Below are positions 61,959 to 64,000 of a stretch of 64,000 bases of DNA, one piece after another. The notes beneath the pieces were generated by a model. The model was not told where the DNA came from, made no database searches, and saw nothing but the letters and a program-made list of their open reading frames with translations. The position numbers and the translations under genes are program-made. Source of the DNA: Eledone cirrhosa (lineage: Eukaryota); assembly GCA_964016885.1 (NCBI GenBank), contig OZ024745.1, positions 93,744,001-93,808,000 on the forward strand, written 5' to 3'. Positions within the stretch are counted from its first letter, which is position 1, and each line of letters starts with the position of its first letter.

Positions 61959-62711
61959 CTGCAAACACATAAATTAAAATCAAGAAAAGTCAATCAAGAA
62001 AAGTGAATCAATAAAATGATATACTATATTAGGAGATACAACTACATCAATAAAAATATAACAGCGTTATCACATTAAAAAAGCAGTAGTAGTAGTATAC
62101 GAGTAGAATTTATATATGGGTGTTATACACCAGTCTAAAGATTAGCAGATGATCTAAGATCACTGTTTAACCCTTTAGCATTTACATTACTCTATATTTG
62201 CTATTATATTTTCATGGTAAACACTTTACCTCACATAATATCGAATCTATGGGATTTTGATATTATCTATTTTGAGAACAATACTTTAACATCAGTATAA
62301 GTGGCTAGTTAGAGCCAGTTTGAACAGAAAGAGGTGAGAGAATTTTGGCCAGATACAGCTGGTTAACAGCCATTTTCCACGCTTGCATGGATTAAACAGG
62401 TTGTGTTATGAGATAAGTCAGATCAGAAGACCAGGCCCTGATCATACGGATCTATATATTGGCTGGATTTCTACAGCTGAATGCCCTTCCTAACACCAAC
62501 CACTTTACAGTGTGGACTGGGTGCTTTTTTATCATGGCATCAAAATGACCATTTAACAGGGTGGACTGGGTGGTTTTTGTTGTGTCACCAGCACAACCAC
62601 CTTACTAGGTGGGCTAAGCACTTTTTAACATGCACCAAAACGCCCATCTAACAAGGTGAACTAGGTGGTTTTTATTGTCACCAGCACAACCACCTTACAG
62701 GGTAGACAGGG

Positions 62712-62914
62712 TGCTGCATGACTCAAATTTGTTTATGACTTAAGATATTTTACACTTGGAAATTTGCCAAAAATAAGTTTTCAATAAATTATTTTGGCAT
62801 ATACCCTAATATAAAATATCTTAGACAAATGGTGAATACTCTAGTATAAATATCTGATAAGATATCCTTTGTAAAATATCCTACAATTCATAAACAAATT
62901 TGGGTCATGCAGCA
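62712..62914. mobile_element. Unclassified MITE with 27 bp TIRs
   Basis: tgctgcatgactcaaatttgtttatga / tcataaacaaatttgggtcatgcagca (one mismatch). Confidence 0.7.
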
Positions 62915-63686
62915 TCGTTCTCCATAATAGATAGGGCCTCGCAAAGCTTCCTAATGGTGAAGCTGGTGACTAATCAGGAGTGTTATTCAGTTAATGATGT
63001 ACAAAGATCATTATGCAGAAAGTTTGACATCAGAAGAGTCAGAAAGTAAAGATTTCATGATGGAGTAACAAATATTCCTTTTAAGTAAATCTGCTAACCA
63101 TCCTACTGTCATAAGGATAATTCATATTTATCTACATGATGCACATATGAAGGGCACTGTCCATAACTCTTTGTAGAGGCCTGCAAGACTAGTGGGAGTG
63201 AAGAAAGTATCCTCAAACTGGACATCAGGCTCAAATGTTTGCAATAGAGTAGATTCCAATAAAAGCACCCAAGTGGCCAGAGAGAGGTATTAAACAGCGC
63301 AACGGATTAAGACAAGCTTCCAAGTTGACCACAGTGGGAATTGAAATCAAAACCTAAGGAATCAGAATAAATACCACAAGGCATTGATGATATTGACTAC
63401 GAAAATCATCACCATCGTCATTATCATTTAACATCCATTTGCCCTATCAAGGGTTGGAAAATCTGGTATTTATTTAAAAAATCTATATAAACTGAGCCAC
63501 ACAAACAGTTACAGTGGATTTAAAATCATAATACTTGAAGTCTATTAAACAGGTCAATACTGTTACAATGTTACAAGAACAATAAATTTACTCCGTCAAG
63601 ACTATAATTCTTGAATTAAACAAAAACAAGGGGGATAACTAAAAAGAAACTTAAAAAAAAATATTGACACATCAAAGCTATAAAAA

Positions 63687-63877
63687 CCGTATATACTCGA
63701 ATATAAGCTAGGAATATGTTACCCCCCACCGCAAAATCGATGGTGGTGGTGGGGGCTTATATTTGGGGGTCAATATTTTGACGATTTTCATCATCTTCAA
63801 ATCCTAAGTAAATAAGGTTTGCCCATTTCTCAGACATAAAATTATGGGGTAGACTTATATTCAAGTATATAGGGTAG
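63687..63877. mobile_element. Tigger/pogo-type MITE
   Basis: TIRs ccgtatatactcgaatataag / cttatattcaagtatataggg. Confidence 0.62.
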
Positions 63878-64000
63878 TTAAAACTGGAAATAACTGTGAT
63901 GAGTAAAAGAATAAGCTGATATTTTCCTCTATATGTTATCAAGTAAAGTTACAGAAGGAGGAAAGAGGAAAGTACATCAAAACTGAATTTCTTAATGTGT

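Overview
AT-rich, repeat-dense eukaryotic (metazoan) DNA. The SINE/RTE complement and huge (TA)n arrays suggest an octopus or other cephalopod (inference). The only host gene I can support is the 3' half of an SLC35F5-like membrane transporter on the minus strand: six phase-consistent GT-AG exons from 61958 down to a stop at 26817, with the 5' exons lying beyond the window. About a third of the window is (TA)n-derived satellite, and a 5 kb (GGT)nGATGACAGT satellite sits in one intron; these explain all the long low-complexity ORFs. Mobile DNA includes a 5'-truncated RTE LINE with a C4HC3 PHD-type finger inside its RT, other RTE and CR1 fragments, two tRNA-derived SINE families, hAT, piggyBac and Tigger MITEs, a mariner relic and a probable Helitron. 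The most striking signal is a set of short islands inside the TA arrays. Several unrelated islands carry type I hammerhead ribozyme motifs with long stem II and palindromic stem III, others form fold-back structures, and one is attached to a decayed Penelope GIY-YIG endonuclease. Together these suggest multiple TA-targeting Penelope-like or retrozyme-like families, one of which places a hammerhead in sense orientation inside the SLC35F5 intron next to its own antisense copy.
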